Positions 47,951-59,400 of a stretch of DNA of 64,000 nucleotides are shown one piece after another (positions within the stretch are counted from its first letter, which is position 1; each line of letters begins with the position of its first letter). The notes under the pieces were generated by a model, which made no database searches, was not told the DNA's origin, and saw nothing but the letters and a program-made list of their open reading frames with translations. This DNA comes from Monocercomonoides exilis PA203 (lineage: Eukaryota > Protista > Preaxostyla), in the NCBI GenBank assembly GCA_001643675.2, contig LSRY02000051.1, positions 1 to 64,000 on the forward strand, read 5' to 3'. A program made the translations under genes and the position numbers.

Positions 47951-49586
47951 AAGACAGAGAAAGAGGAGAAAGAGGAGAAAGAGGAGAAAGAAGGAGAAAA
48001 TGAACAATAAGTAAAATAAGTACTTTTATTGAATTTGTCAGTAGAATAAACAAATGAATTTCTGCGGTGACGACCAAAATCAAAGCAGAACCTCTTTCAT
48101 ATGAATGTGAATAAACAAATGAAGATGATGAAAAAGATAAGTGAGAAAAATGAGAAGGAATGAGAAGGAAATGAAAGAAATACAAAAGATATATGAAAAA
48201 GAGTGGAAAATTGATACTAAAGAACAAGAATTTAATAAAGAACGAAGTAACTTTTGACTTTTCTTTTTCGAAACAACAATGAAATAATGTTCATAAAAAG
48301 CAATTATTTTTTTGAACTGATAATTTTTTTGTTTTTTTTTCTTTGAAAACTCATGTTATATCTGTTTGTTTTTTGTTTTGTTTTGATTTGTTTATAATTT
48401 TTCTGATCGTCTTTTTTTTATTGTTTGATTATGAAAATTATGTTTTTATCAAGAAAAATTTTCTTTATCTCACAACCTGAAAGAAGAAATTATTTGGAAG
48501 AAGTTGTTATGTATTTTCTTTTTTTTTCAAGGAATCTTTAACAGCAACACTTCTCCTTCTGTTCAGCTGTCTTTTTGAGTTTGGAAATTTATAACTTTTG
48601 TTTATAGAAACTTTATCAGAAAAATCGTAATTAAATTTTGAAACATTTTTCCAAATTGTTGTTTTGTTTTTTCTTTGAAGTTAGTTATTTCCTTTCCGTT
48701 TGAATTAAATAAGTTCTTGATATTTTCATCTTTTGACAGTAATATTTTGTCATAGTTATTATTTATAATTCAAACAAATATAACATTTTGTTATGTGCAA
48801 CTTCCAAATCCGAAGAAGCGGAATTGTTTTCCACAAAATAACTATTTCATCAATGTGATATCCCGAAATCAAAAGTTTGTTAAGTAAAATCAACTTTAAT
48901 ACATCACGCATTAGAATGAAAAAAATAATTTTCAAATAGAAAAAAATTTCTTTCAAAACTTTCAAAATTTTTGATCAAATTGTCCCACAATAAAAATCAT
49001 TGTCCACAGTTATTGAAAGTGTCCGCAATTATTAACACTGACTATATTTATAATTTGCCAATGCTTGCAACCACTTGGAGCTCACTTCAATTTGCACAAT
49101 TCAAACAAGCGAAATCAAGCTCTTTCAGGCAGACTTAAAGAAGCTCTCAATTATTTACACTTCTATCACAAGAGATGTTGTTGTTGATCGTTTGTTCTGG
49201 AGAATAAAGGTACTCTGCACTTTTGTGCGAAAAGATCAAACAAAACAATAACACATCTATTTCCCACCATGAGTCAAACTCTTCCCATCCTTTGAGTATT
49301 TCTATTATTTCACAGTTTGCATTTTCATTCGTTTTGCTTCAAAACAACCTCTGTGCACTGTGTTTTTGCACAATTTCCTTGTTTCTATATCATAAGTTCA
49401 ATATTTTCATCTTTTCTCCCATCCACAATTTTTTCTTCAATTTGCAAATGTTGATCCCTTAATATAGGCCCCTAACTTCTATTACAAGAGGTGTTGTGGC
49501 TTTGTGTGTTCTTTTCTAAAGATTAATAAACCATAATAAATTTGTTAATAATTGAAAAAGTTTTCTGTTTGGTTATTACATCTAGC

Positions 49587-52500
49587 ATGTGTATTTTTGC
49601 GTTAACTATTAATATTCTGATTTACAATGTGCAATGCAGTACTACAAGCGGATATACAACTGCAGACAGCTTTTCTGATTTATCTAGTTTTCGTAACGAA
49701 ACGGAATCTTCTTTTCAAGAAGCTGCATTGCTTAAGAGTAAGACATCCGAAATGCCAACAAACAATAATTTAATACATCCAAAATTCACAACAGAAAATG
49801 AAGTTATAGAAGGATCTGACAAGGATGAAGATTCATTAGCAAAAAATGACAGTTACTCTGTTGTAAGGAGTAGAACTTCTCAGATGCATATACTGAAAAG
49901 AACAGAAGCGAAAGTGCGATTTAATTATTTTACAAATATATTTAAGAACGAAAATGAAGAAAGCAAAATCAAAGGAGAGATGGAATTAAAGAATTCTTCT
50001 GTTCTGTGGAAGAAGTTAGAATTTTCAGGTTTTTCAAAAAGCCTGCATTACATCAATGCAGATAGATGGAGCGTTGCGATTGTTAACCAATGCGCGCTTG
50101 TTGAAAGAAACTATTTTTCACCATTTGATATTCGAGGGGGATTCGGAATATTCGAAAACATTTCGCTTCAAACATCAACTTCACACAATCAAATATTGCA
50201 TCCTCTTTTTACGTTTAAACAATTTTCCAACAATTCGCCAGATCTTGGGAGTGTTTGCGTGAGTTCTTCGCATTTCTCTTCGTTTTTTGTTTCATCTGCA
50301 CCATTTTTATCATCCTCTTTCTTTGAGAGGATTTCTTTAACTCAAATCAGCTTATTCAACATTTCTTTTTTCTCTCTATCAAAAAACTTCACCAATGCAA
50401 GTGAATCTACAAGTTCGACTTTGATGAGTGGGTGCTCATTTTCATCGATGTGGGATGTGTATGATGGGGGCATTGTCCCTTCACTGAACAGCCCCTCATC
50501 TTCGTTGACCGCCTCGAATTCCTCGTTTGTCAGGTGCTATCGATCAGGGAATATTGCTATCAGCGGGAGTGAAGGGAATCCATCTAAGCCAGGGAGACAG
50601 AATCAGACAGACAATGGGGCGAATTCATTCACTTGGTGTGTATGGAATGGGTCAAAAACCACTGGAACAAGTAGTTCTTATTCAGATGGGATATCGAGCG
50701 GAGGGGCGATTTACATGTATAATCTGGGATCGGGAACGCTTTCAGTGAAATGCTGTTCGTTCAGCGGATGTGAAGCGTATTATTCGGGAGGAGGCATTCA
50801 TTGCTACAACATCAAATCGGTTGAGATTGAGAACAACTCATTCAGTGCCTGTTCCTCTGAAACAAGTATTGGAGGGGGGCTGTGTGTTTTATCGATTTCT
50901 GCGTGTGTTCGGATCAGCGGATGTGAATTCCAGAAATGTTCTGCAAAACATAATGGAGGAGGACTTTTTCTAAATTCTTTTGATGTTTCTGGATCTGGCT
51001 GTATTGGAACAGAAAGTGGGAAAGGTGAGAGCGCTTGTGTGTTTGAGTGTTTCTTCACTTCATGCTCTCTTACAAATACTGCTGGCGGAGGGATGTATTG
51101 CCAAAGTGTTCCAGCTGCATTCAAGATGAGGAGCATTCAGTTCATTTCTTGCTCTGCAACTGCATATGGTGGAGGAATGAGATTGTATCCATTCAGACAA
51201 ACCGCACCTGATGATGGAATCTATTGTTATTTTTTATTTTTTCATGAATGCAAATGTTCAGCCAATCCCCCTTATGGGCATGATGTGATGTATTATGATA
51301 AAAATAATCTCTATATATCCCAAAATAATCCATTTTATGAATGCTACACAACAAACACAGATGAACAGAGAGTATGTTATGGATATAATTATGCAATTGC
51401 AAGCGCTTGGACATATGATCAAACATCAAAAAAGGATTGGCTGAAGGACAAGACGATTTATGTGTCAGTGAATGGGAGTGATGGATATGAGCTATGCGGG
51501 GCAAATGAATCAAATCCATGCAAAACAGTGAAGAAGGCCTTCGAGATGTGCGAGGTGCAGATAAGCTTGGCAATCACGCTTTTGGATGGGAATCATCAAA
51601 GCGAGGCAACAACAATTGATATTGGAGAAAAGAAGATTTCAGTCATTGGGAGAGGCAAAGATAAGAGTTCGATTGGAACAGGAGCGCTTTCATCAACAGG
51701 AGCGTTGTTCAGTGTGACGACAGGTCATCTTGGAATGAGTCATTTGAAAGTTGATTGCAACTCAAATGCAAGTCCTTCTTCGCCGAGTGTGGTTGTGGTG
51801 TCTGATGGGAGTGGGTCACTCTCATTGGAAGATGTTGTGATCACCACGAGCAAAACAGGAAACTATGTGATGTCATCGTCAGTGTTTGTGGTGCAGTTGT
51901 CGCAGCTGTCGATGGTTTGTGTGGAGATCATAAATATGAATGTCTCAAAATCATTGTTCTCTGAGCCGAATCCATCTTCTCCTTCTTCTTCTTCATTGTC
52001 GTCATCGTTGTCATCTGCACTGTATCTGACATCCAAAACATCAGGAGAAAGCATGCTGGCAAACTTGTCTGCGAAGAATGTGAAGTTGACTGAAGGAGAT
52101 GGAGTGGTTGTGGCAAAGAGTGTGAAGGAAGGGGAGACATTTGTTGTTCAGAATGTGACAATCGAAGATTGTGAGTGCGAGGCTGGAAGTGGTGGAGGGA
52201 TCAAGGTCGAGTTGGAATCATCTTCAAGCAAGCTGCAAGTGGGGACTTCATCAGCCGCGGCAAACGAAGTAACAAATTTGAACAGATGCAAGTGTAACAA
52301 ATATGGAGGAGGGATGATGCTGTATCTGGCTGACAACTCGATTGACTTCTCGATTGTGTCAGTTGACTTCACAGGTTGTTCCGCTTCATTGGGAGGGAAT
52401 TATGTGTTTGTGAATGGGAGCAATTCTGCAAGCTGGGGAATAACAATAGAAAAGCTGAATGTCCAACATGACAGTTCAAAATTCGATGAGCTGATGGGAT

Positions 52501-55500
52501 ACGATCGGAGTGACACAACAATGGGGCTGTTCCCATTGAATGTGTTTTTGGAGGCATTTTCAGGAGCAGCACATGTGGGGATAAAGAAAAATGGGTATGG
52601 AGGATATAACTCGTGGTTTTGTGGGTTTGGGTATTTTCCATGTTCCACAATCGAGTTTGCTTCACAGAACAGATTCAGTTCGTCAAAGAAGAATATTGTG
52701 TTGGATTCAGGGTTTGAGCTGGGAGAAGTTGTGTCGATGGCAGGGTCATATGAATGGGAGGTGTATTGTGAGACTAACAAGACGAATGTGAATGTGAGGG
52801 CGCCTGGTGGAATGACATCTTCGTATTTGATAAATATTCAGAGGGCAAGCTCAATAAAGAACATTGCGTTCCAAATTCCATTTCTGTTGTCAAGTGCAAC
52901 ATCACTCATTGTTTTGACCAGTTCATCACTCACACTCACAGACTGCTCGGTTGCTCATATGTCGGAGAGCACATCGAGTGTGTCCTTTGGATACAGCATT
53001 GTGAATGTGCAAGGTGGGAATCTGAAAATGGAACGATTTGTGATGGAGGAAGGACTGACATTCAATGATAACTCGGCCATTGAGTTTTGTGAAGGAATGA
53101 CAAGTATGATTTGTTCTGGATGCAATATCAGTGGAGTTGTGAAGAATGGTGGAGATGGAGGATGGATGAAAGGAACAGTTGGAGGAAGTGGAACGTTGAC
53201 AGTTGATGGATGCAATGTGAATGGGTGCAGTTGTGTTGGTGGAAATGGAGGCGGGGTGCATGTTGATGTGCAAGATAGTGGAATAGCGATTGTTAACGGA
53301 ACAGCAAGATTTGGAGGATGCGTTTCGGAAGGTGGAGCAATTTTTGGAGGAAAAGGAGGAGGGATGATGGCATATTTAGAAGGCGAAACAAGTAAATTGA
53401 TGATTGGATCGCAAGTGAGATTTTCAGAGGAAAATCAAAACGAAGCTATGTTTGGAAAAGATGCTTTTGTTAAATGCGGTGATGGAATATTGCTTAAAAC
53501 GAAGATTAGCAAGATTTCATTTGAATTCTTTGACACTTCAACCATTCCTTTGGATCCGAGGAGATTGTGCGGAACTGAAAATGGAACTGAAGATTACATA
53601 TTCCCGTTGTTTGTGTATTTGTGTGAAACTGAATACGCAGTCGTTGTTGACGGAAGCAGAGGGAAAGGGATAGATTATCCTCATTGCGGGCTATTGAAGT
53701 TTGCATGCCAAACAATTGAATATGCTCTTATGAAGCGAGGCGATACTCCTGTTATCAGTATCTGTAATCAATCTAGCCTGACAGACACTGCGTTATTTGA
53801 AAGGAATCGTGTTCGAATTGAAGGGCTTAATGGAAATCAAGCAGTAATAAATATTGCTGCTGTGAATGGATCTGCAAATGGAAGCTTAATAAAATTAGAC
53901 GTTGATACTGAATTTTGTGGCATACAATTTATTCTTCCTTCAAGAATTAAGGGATACAATTCTGTTTTTGAATCGTATCACAAATTTTTGTTGGAGAACG
54001 TTACAGTCTCATCATTTTCTCAAGCTGTCAGCTTCACTTTTACTACAGCAAAAGCCGGTGAAACCATGCTTGAGAATGTCGCATTTCATAAAACTATTTT
54101 TAGTGGAGCATGCGGATTTGCAACCGCAAATTCTTATGCTATTTTGAGTTCTGATTTTAAATCTGGCATTGAGCAATTATCTTCAGCAAGCAATAATTGC
54201 ATTTTTTATATTCAAGGTGGCACATTTAAAGTCAACAGGTTCAATTGCTTTGATTCAAAATTTCAATTCATCTCTGTTTTTGCTTTTGGCAGGGAATTCA
54301 ATGCATGTCAAGCTGACAATGTTTTCTTTGAGAACGTAACGTTTTATTCGTCTTTGATAATCAACAGAACATCTTCAATGCCTTCAATCAAACCAAATAT
54401 TTCAATTTCAAGTTTCTTTTTAAGAAATATTACAAAAATTGGGAATGATTCGCTTTTGAGGCTGGAGTTCGTTAATGTATCAATTTCAGATTCAATGCTT
54501 TGCGTCAATAATTATTTTGCTGCTCATGGTGTTCTTGTCAACGTCTCAAACTGCACTGTGAAAATGTCTAATTGCACAATTTCTGGAGTCGACAATTTGC
54601 GGAGCATTGCTTGCAACGGAGAAAATCAAAATGAACGACAAATTTGTTTCCAGTTTGAAGGATCGCTTTTATATCTCAGGAATTGTAGCTCTTCAATTGA
54701 ATCAACAACTTTTGCAAATTCTTCTGCTGGTGCCTTGTCTGTGAGAGATGGAGAAATTAATCTGAAGAATGTGACTTTTCTGAACAACACAGCAAACTTT
54801 TCCCAGTTCAATTCTGTTCGAAGAAACATTTTATGTGAAAATAGTTCACTGTCAATTGCTTCATTTTCCGACGAATCAGGGATCAGAAATCCTGATAATC
54901 TTCGGGAAGGAGAGTATCTGGAACTCTGGATGAAAAACAGAGGGTGCACAGTTAGTGGGCTGATGAATTGGAATCCGATGGAAGATATTGAAACAGCAGA
55001 TACAGAATTACGAGAATTTCCACAAAAAGCCTATCAATTTTGCAGACCTCATATTTCTGAGATTACAAAAAGCGAAAAGGGAGACAAAATGATGATTCAT
55101 TTTATTGGAAATAATCTTCTTCCGTGCCTCGTATCTTATGAAGTTTTTATTTTTAACAACTCAAGTTCTTCTTCGGAGAAAGAAATTATATCTTTGCCGT
55201 TTATAACTTGTACCTTTGTGAGCCAAGAGGAATTTGTTGTGGAAGCATCAAAATCTCAACTTAAATTCACTTTAAACTCATTAAAAGGCCAGATTTTTGT
55301 GCAAGCAGTACTGAAATTGAAGGAGGACGAAGTTTATGATTCCCGACGAAGAATAACCCAACTGGTGAAGACAGATCCTGTTATGTTGCAAGATATAATT
55401 TCGAACAGCAATGAAAAAGTTAATCAAACAAAATCCACATCAAATATGTTTCCATGGTGGATTGTATTTGTTGCTGCTGCTGGTCTCATTGTGATATCCG

Positions 55501-55565
55501 TAGTAATTGGACAAGTATTTGCAAGAAAGAGGCGTTCAAATGATAATGCTTTTGAAAAATTGTGA
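49587..55565 (+). CDS. Large type-I membrane surface protein with parallel beta-helix / Pmp-like GG(A/G)(I/L/M) repeats (~1990 aa)
   Basis: Uninterrupted 6-kb ORF. Likely start MCIFALTINILIYNVQC (signal-peptide-like). Repeated GGAIY/GGGIH/GGGLC/GGGLF/GGGMY/GGGMM with FxxC spacing. Three Cys-containing CG...(P/A)C(K/S/Q)T modules (e.g. IYVSVNGSDGYELCGANESNPCKTV). C-terminal TM helix WWIVFVAAAGLIVISVVIGQVFA and short tail RKRRSNDNAFEKL. Confidence 0.93.
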   Translation: MCIFALTINILIYNVQCSTTSGYTTADSFSDLSSFRNETESSFQEAALLKSKTSEMPTNNNLIHPKFTTENEVIEGSDKDEDSLAKNDSYSVVRSRTSQMHILKRTEAKVRFNYFTNIFKNENEESKIKGEMELKNSSVLWKKLEFSGFSKSLHYINADRWSVAIVNQCALVERNYFSPFDIRGGFGIFENISLQTSTSHNQILHPLFTFKQFSNNSPDLGSVCVSSSHFSSFFVSSAPFLSSSFFERISLTQISLFNISFFSLSKNFTNASESTSSTLMSGCSFSSMWDVYDGGIVPSLNSPSSSLTASNSSFVRCYRSGNIAISGSEGNPSKPGRQNQTDNGANSFTWCVWNGSKTTGTSSSYSDGISSGGAIYMYNLGSGTLSVKCCSFSGCEAYYSGGGIHCYNIKSVEIENNSFSACSSETSIGGGLCVLSISACVRISGCEFQKCSAKHNGGGLFLNSFDVSGSGCIGTESGKGESACVFECFFTSCSLTNTAGGGMYCQSVPAAFKMRSIQFISCSATAYGGGMRLYPFRQTAPDDGIYCYFLFFHECKCSANPPYGHDVMYYDKNNLYISQNNPFYECYTTNTDEQRVCYGYNYAIASAWTYDQTSKKDWLKDKTIYVSVNGSDGYELCGANESNPCKTVKKAFEMCEVQISLAITLLDGNHQSEATTIDIGEKKISVIGRGKDKSSIGTGALSSTGALFSVTTGHLGMSHLKVDCNSNASPSSPSVVVVSDGSGSLSLEDVVITTSKTGNYVMSSSVFVVQLSQLSMVCVEIINMNVSKSLFSEPNPSSPSSSSLSSSLSSALYLTSKTSGESMLANLSAKNVKLTEGDGVVVAKSVKEGETFVVQNVTIEDCECEAGSGGGIKVELESSSSKLQVGTSSAAANEVTNLNRCKCNKYGGGMMLYLADNSIDFSIVSVDFTGCSASLGGNYVFVNGSNSASWGITIEKLNVQHDSSKFDELMGYDRSDTTMGLFPLNVFLEAFSGAAHVGIKKNGYGGYNSWFCGFGYFPCSTIEFASQNRFSSSKKNIVLDSGFELGEVVSMAGSYEWEVYCETNKTNVNVRAPGGMTSSYLINIQRASSIKNIAFQIPFLLSSATSLIVLTSSSLTLTDCSVAHMSESTSSVSFGYSIVNVQGGNLKMERFVMEEGLTFNDNSAIEFCEGMTSMICSGCNISGVVKNGGDGGWMKGTVGGSGTLTVDGCNVNGCSCVGGNGGGVHVDVQDSGIAIVNGTARFGGCVSEGGAIFGGKGGGMMAYLEGETSKLMIGSQVRFSEENQNEAMFGKDAFVKCGDGILLKTKISKISFEFFDTSTIPLDPRRLCGTENGTEDYIFPLFVYLCETEYAVVVDGSRGKGIDYPHCGLLKFACQTIEYALMKRGDTPVISICNQSSLTDTALFERNRVRIEGLNGNQAVINIAAVNGSANGSLIKLDVDTEFCGIQFILPSRIKGYNSVFESYHKFLLENVTVSSFSQAVSFTFTTAKAGETMLENVAFHKTIFSGACGFATANSYAILSSDFKSGIEQLSSASNNCIFYIQGGTFKVNRFNCFDSKFQFISVFAFGREFNACQADNVFFENVTFYSSLIINRTSSMPSIKPNISISSFFLRNITKIGNDSLLRLEFVNVSISDSMLCVNNYFAAHGVLVNVSNCTVKMSNCTISGVDNLRSIACNGENQNERQICFQFEGSLLYLRNCSSSIESTTFANSSAGALSVRDGEINLKNVTFLNNTANFSQFNSVRRNILCENSSLSIASFSDESGIRNPDNLREGEYLELWMKNRGCTVSGLMNWNPMEDIETADTELREFPQKAYQFCRPHISEITKSEKGDKMMIHFIGNNLLPCLVSYEVFIFNNSSSSSEKEIISLPFITCTFVSQEEFVVEASKSQLKFTLNSLKGQIFVQAVLKLKEDEVYDSRRRITQLVKTDPVMLQDIISNSNEKVNQTKSTSNMFPWWIVFVAAAGLIVISVVIGQVFARKRRSNDNAFEKL

Positions 55566-57689
55566 GATTTGAAAGGAAAACTCATCTTTAAACAGTTTTT
55601 TCATTCGCTTTCAAGAATTTATAAAATCCTGATGGGAACGACACCAGTCTGGAAGAATTATATTGAAAGGAACACTTTGTTTGTGCTTCGCAAATAACTG
55701 ATCATAATTAGAATCAAAATGCATTCGAAATCAGCGATGTCGCACCTTGTTCTTCTAATTCAAGTAATTTTGTGAGCCTGCTTTCTATTTGAAGACTATT
55801 CTTACGATTTAGAAAGCGTCCGCTGCATTAAAAATTCGATCCAGAATCTGTTTGGAAAAAATTTGCATGTGCATTTTTCAATAATGATGAATGTTTGATG
55901 TTAAAGGAAACGCAATTCGAAGATTGACTTTTGTAGTTATTTTTAATTAACATAAATTGTGATTTCTTGAAAAAATTTATGAGTAACTTTTTTTTTTCAC
56001 TTCATTTTTATTACTCACTGATGTTATTCAAAAGCCTTTGATAAACATTTTACCGCAGTCACTTCATGAAAAATACTTATTGAAAAAATGTTTCATTTGA
56101 TGGAGAAGATTATTTGTTCAACGAAGATTTTTTGAACGATTTTTGAATTCAGAAACAACAGGTAACAACATAGTGATTTAAATTCAACTTTTTGAATGCT
56201 TATTGTAAAAAAATTGTTATTCTATTTCAAATAAAATGAACGTAATTTAAAGAAGTGTTAAAAGGAGTGAAATTTCGAAATTCAACCAAAAAATATTCTC
56301 AATGCAAAATTTATTTGATGCTTTAGATTTTTTTATTTTGATTAGAATGAACTTGACATCAGATTTCTTAAGTTTTTGAAGTTCATGATAACTTTAAATG
56401 AGATAATAAAAGATTAAATCGAATGTCTCAAAATTTTCTTTTCGAAAACGCATTTCAAATTTTGGTTCTTCATCTTGTTCCAAATAGAATCGACATTTGT
56501 CCTGAAAGTGAGTTTGAACATTATAATAAAAGTTTCTCTTCCTTCAATATCAAATGCAGTAATTAATGGAAAAATCCATATTTTTGAATTTGTCATCATG
56601 GTTGTTAGCTTCTTATTTTTCATTGGATGATTTTCAGTCTTGTTTCGCATTCCATGAAAAAGAACAGATGAAAATGAATGATCCATCAGTCACTGTTTCT
56701 GATAAAAAGAAAGTTAAGATAAAGCAGCATTAGAAATATACAATGAAGAGAAAATGGGGAATTCCTTCCCGAACTTTGAAAATCAGTTACGATTTTTGGT
56801 TTAAAGCCTCCAAACATCATAATCCCTATTTTCTCTGTAATTTCCTCGCATGCTTTTGATTTCTCTCCCCTCTTATCCCTTCACTAATTTCTCTTTTTCG
56901 TTCAGCTTCATAAATGGCTCACAATATTCTCCAATTTCCACATTATCCTTTCTTTCACTGGTGGATGCTCCAGACTAGATGAACACCACACATGAATGTT
57001 TTGATCTAACTTTGCAAAAGTCATAAAAGTAAGTAAATTGAAATTCACTCAAAAAAATTCAATTAATCATTAAATTTTCCATTTTTGAAGTATTTACAAA
57101 AAAATATTTAGAAAAGTTCATAAATTTAAAATTGAAAAAATAATTTGTAAAAACACACAAATCATTTTGAGAATATCGCTGATACCTGTTGCAGGCATTG
57201 CGCACAAAATCATCTGTGACATTGAATAAGATTTTCGAGGGGTTGAAGCTGCAGCACAATTGGAGTTCTGTTAAATCTGGCTTCATTTTTTTGGTCAAAG
57301 TGATTAGCACGCATGTGAAATATGTTTGTGTAACCTCAAAGCATGCGCTATAATGAAAATAGGTTGAGTGAGTGAGAGAGTGTTAGTGGGGCTGGGGAGT
57401 GTTGGCTGGTTGCATTGTTTCTTTTCATAATGTTACCAAATCTGCCAAGCTCGTGGATGAGTGTCTTTTTGTTTTCCTCAAGAGGAAACCGTTAACGTGT
57501 TGCACCTTCTGAGAGTGATATTAACCGTTTTTTATTTCCCAACAGCGTACAGCTGGAGATGTTTCGCAATGGAAGATTTTTTTTTGAGATCCGGGTGCCT
57601 GGGTGTGTCAAAACAGCTGGAGAGAGGATGGGAGCAATGAAAACAGAGGTTGGGAAGAGAACAGCGCGGAGATGATTTGCCGTAACAGA

Positions 57690-59400
57690 ATTGAGTTTTT
57701 TCGCCTCAATTGCAGTTATTTATGGAGGTAGCAGAGCCAGCACAAGTGCATCCATAACCAACGGTGTTATCACCTCTTCCAACTTCCCCTGGTTCTCTTC
57801 AATTCTTTCCACAAACTACCTGTGTGCTATTGGATTGCCTCCTTTTGACTCATTCCCATTACTTTCCTCTCTCCTTCCCTCTTTGCCTCCCCTTTTTCCT
57901 TCCTCTGCCTCTTCCCGCTCCTCCAGCACATCCAGAGCAATCGCTGCTGGTGACAGAACCACATCCTCCATCCTCAGCCCCTCCGCATCCAACCCTTTCT
58001 CCACAATCCCCCCCACTTCACACACAGCAACCTCTCGCCTCATAACTTCGTCATCCAGCTTCACCACTGCACACCTCGACTGAGGTGATCGCCATATCTG
58101 CTGTGAAGGGTCAAACAGGTCGTAGATAGACGGGAACGCATTCACGCCTGGCGCTGCAAAGATCCGCTTGCTCCCCGACTTCGTTCACACCGACGCTGCA
58201 AGCGACGGAAGCTGCGCCACCAGCGGAACCGAAAGCATCTCTGAAAGCGCCACATCGTATGCACACACAACACCTCCATACAGCACAACCCGCCGAGTCA
58301 CAACATATCCCGTCAGCGTCTGCAGCTCCCGCAGCGACAGCAACAGCTGTAGCGACAGCGGCATGTGTCCGCATACACCCCAGCCGCCTCTGGCACCACA
58401 ATTCGCAGCCGTCTTTCAATGCAGTCCATCGCTGCTGCCGATGTGTATGAAGCCTCCACTGCCGAAGCATCCAAAGGGTCAATTGCAGGCGCTGATTATG
58501 AAGATGCAGATGAAGACGGAAATGAATTATCATCTCCTGTCACCTTCTCTTCGCTTCTCCACCTCCTGTATGGAGAAGCATACCGGAGTGCTACCACTGT
58601 TGAATAAGCAGATGAAGCAGAAAAAAGTTTCTGCTGCATATCTGAGCAGCAGCTGAACAAAGAGAATGATTTGTATTTTCTTTTGTTCAATTGAGGTCTC
58701 CGAAATAGTGAGAGAAAATGCATCAAAAATCTGAGTAACTTGTCCATTTGGTGTGAAAAAAGAAGAAAACGATGCTTCAAACCACAAAAAAAAATCGAAG
58801 AATTTGTGTATCTCATCTCTTCCCCATCATTCTCGCTGACTTCTCTGCCTTTTACCACTTATAGTTGAGCTAATTTTTTGAAATATTTCTCGTGTATTCA
58901 TTGGTATTATTCGCTTGCTCTTATCTTTCTCTTCTTCCTTCTTCTTCTTCCCTCTTCTTCTTCTTCTTTCTTCTTTCTTTCCTCTCATTCCTTCCGCTTT
59001 ACTCCAGAAGCGTACATAGCTGGCCCTTCGTCTCTCATGCAATGCTCTGAGGTCTTTCACTTTTCATTATCTGAGTAATCACATCACTTCTCCCTGCCTC
59101 GGCCAGCATCCTCCTTCACCTCTCTACTGATCTGTTAGGCATCCTCACATTCCAAAGCTCCCTCAGTGCATGATATTGTGCGCTGTATGCCTATCAATGC
59201 AATCTGCCAGAGATAATACGCATTCTTTCACCAAAGGATCGTGCATGCTTTTGAGGCTGTTCCAGCATCAATGTTGTATACAAGAAGCGCTTTCTTGTGG
59301 ATCAAATAGGATGAAGAAGAGATCAAATTTGTTGTGAAGGCATCGAAGAAAGATGGCCAAAGCAAAAGAAGCTGAATGTGTTTATTGTTTCTAGTCAAAA
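57690..59400 (-). pseudogene. Decayed GC-richer coding remnant, product unclear
   Basis: Protein-like minus-strand frames (YVVTRRVVLYGGVVCAYDVALSEML; NAFPSIYDLFDPSQQIW...VVKLDDEVMRR...GNPIAH) broken by stops and frameshifts. Confidence 0.35.

Noticed and set aside
57816-58330. SAMHD1/HD-domain-like resemblance (KLDDEVM, NPIAH)
   Set aside because: Similarity is too weak and no HD motif was found; left as an unidentified pseudogene.
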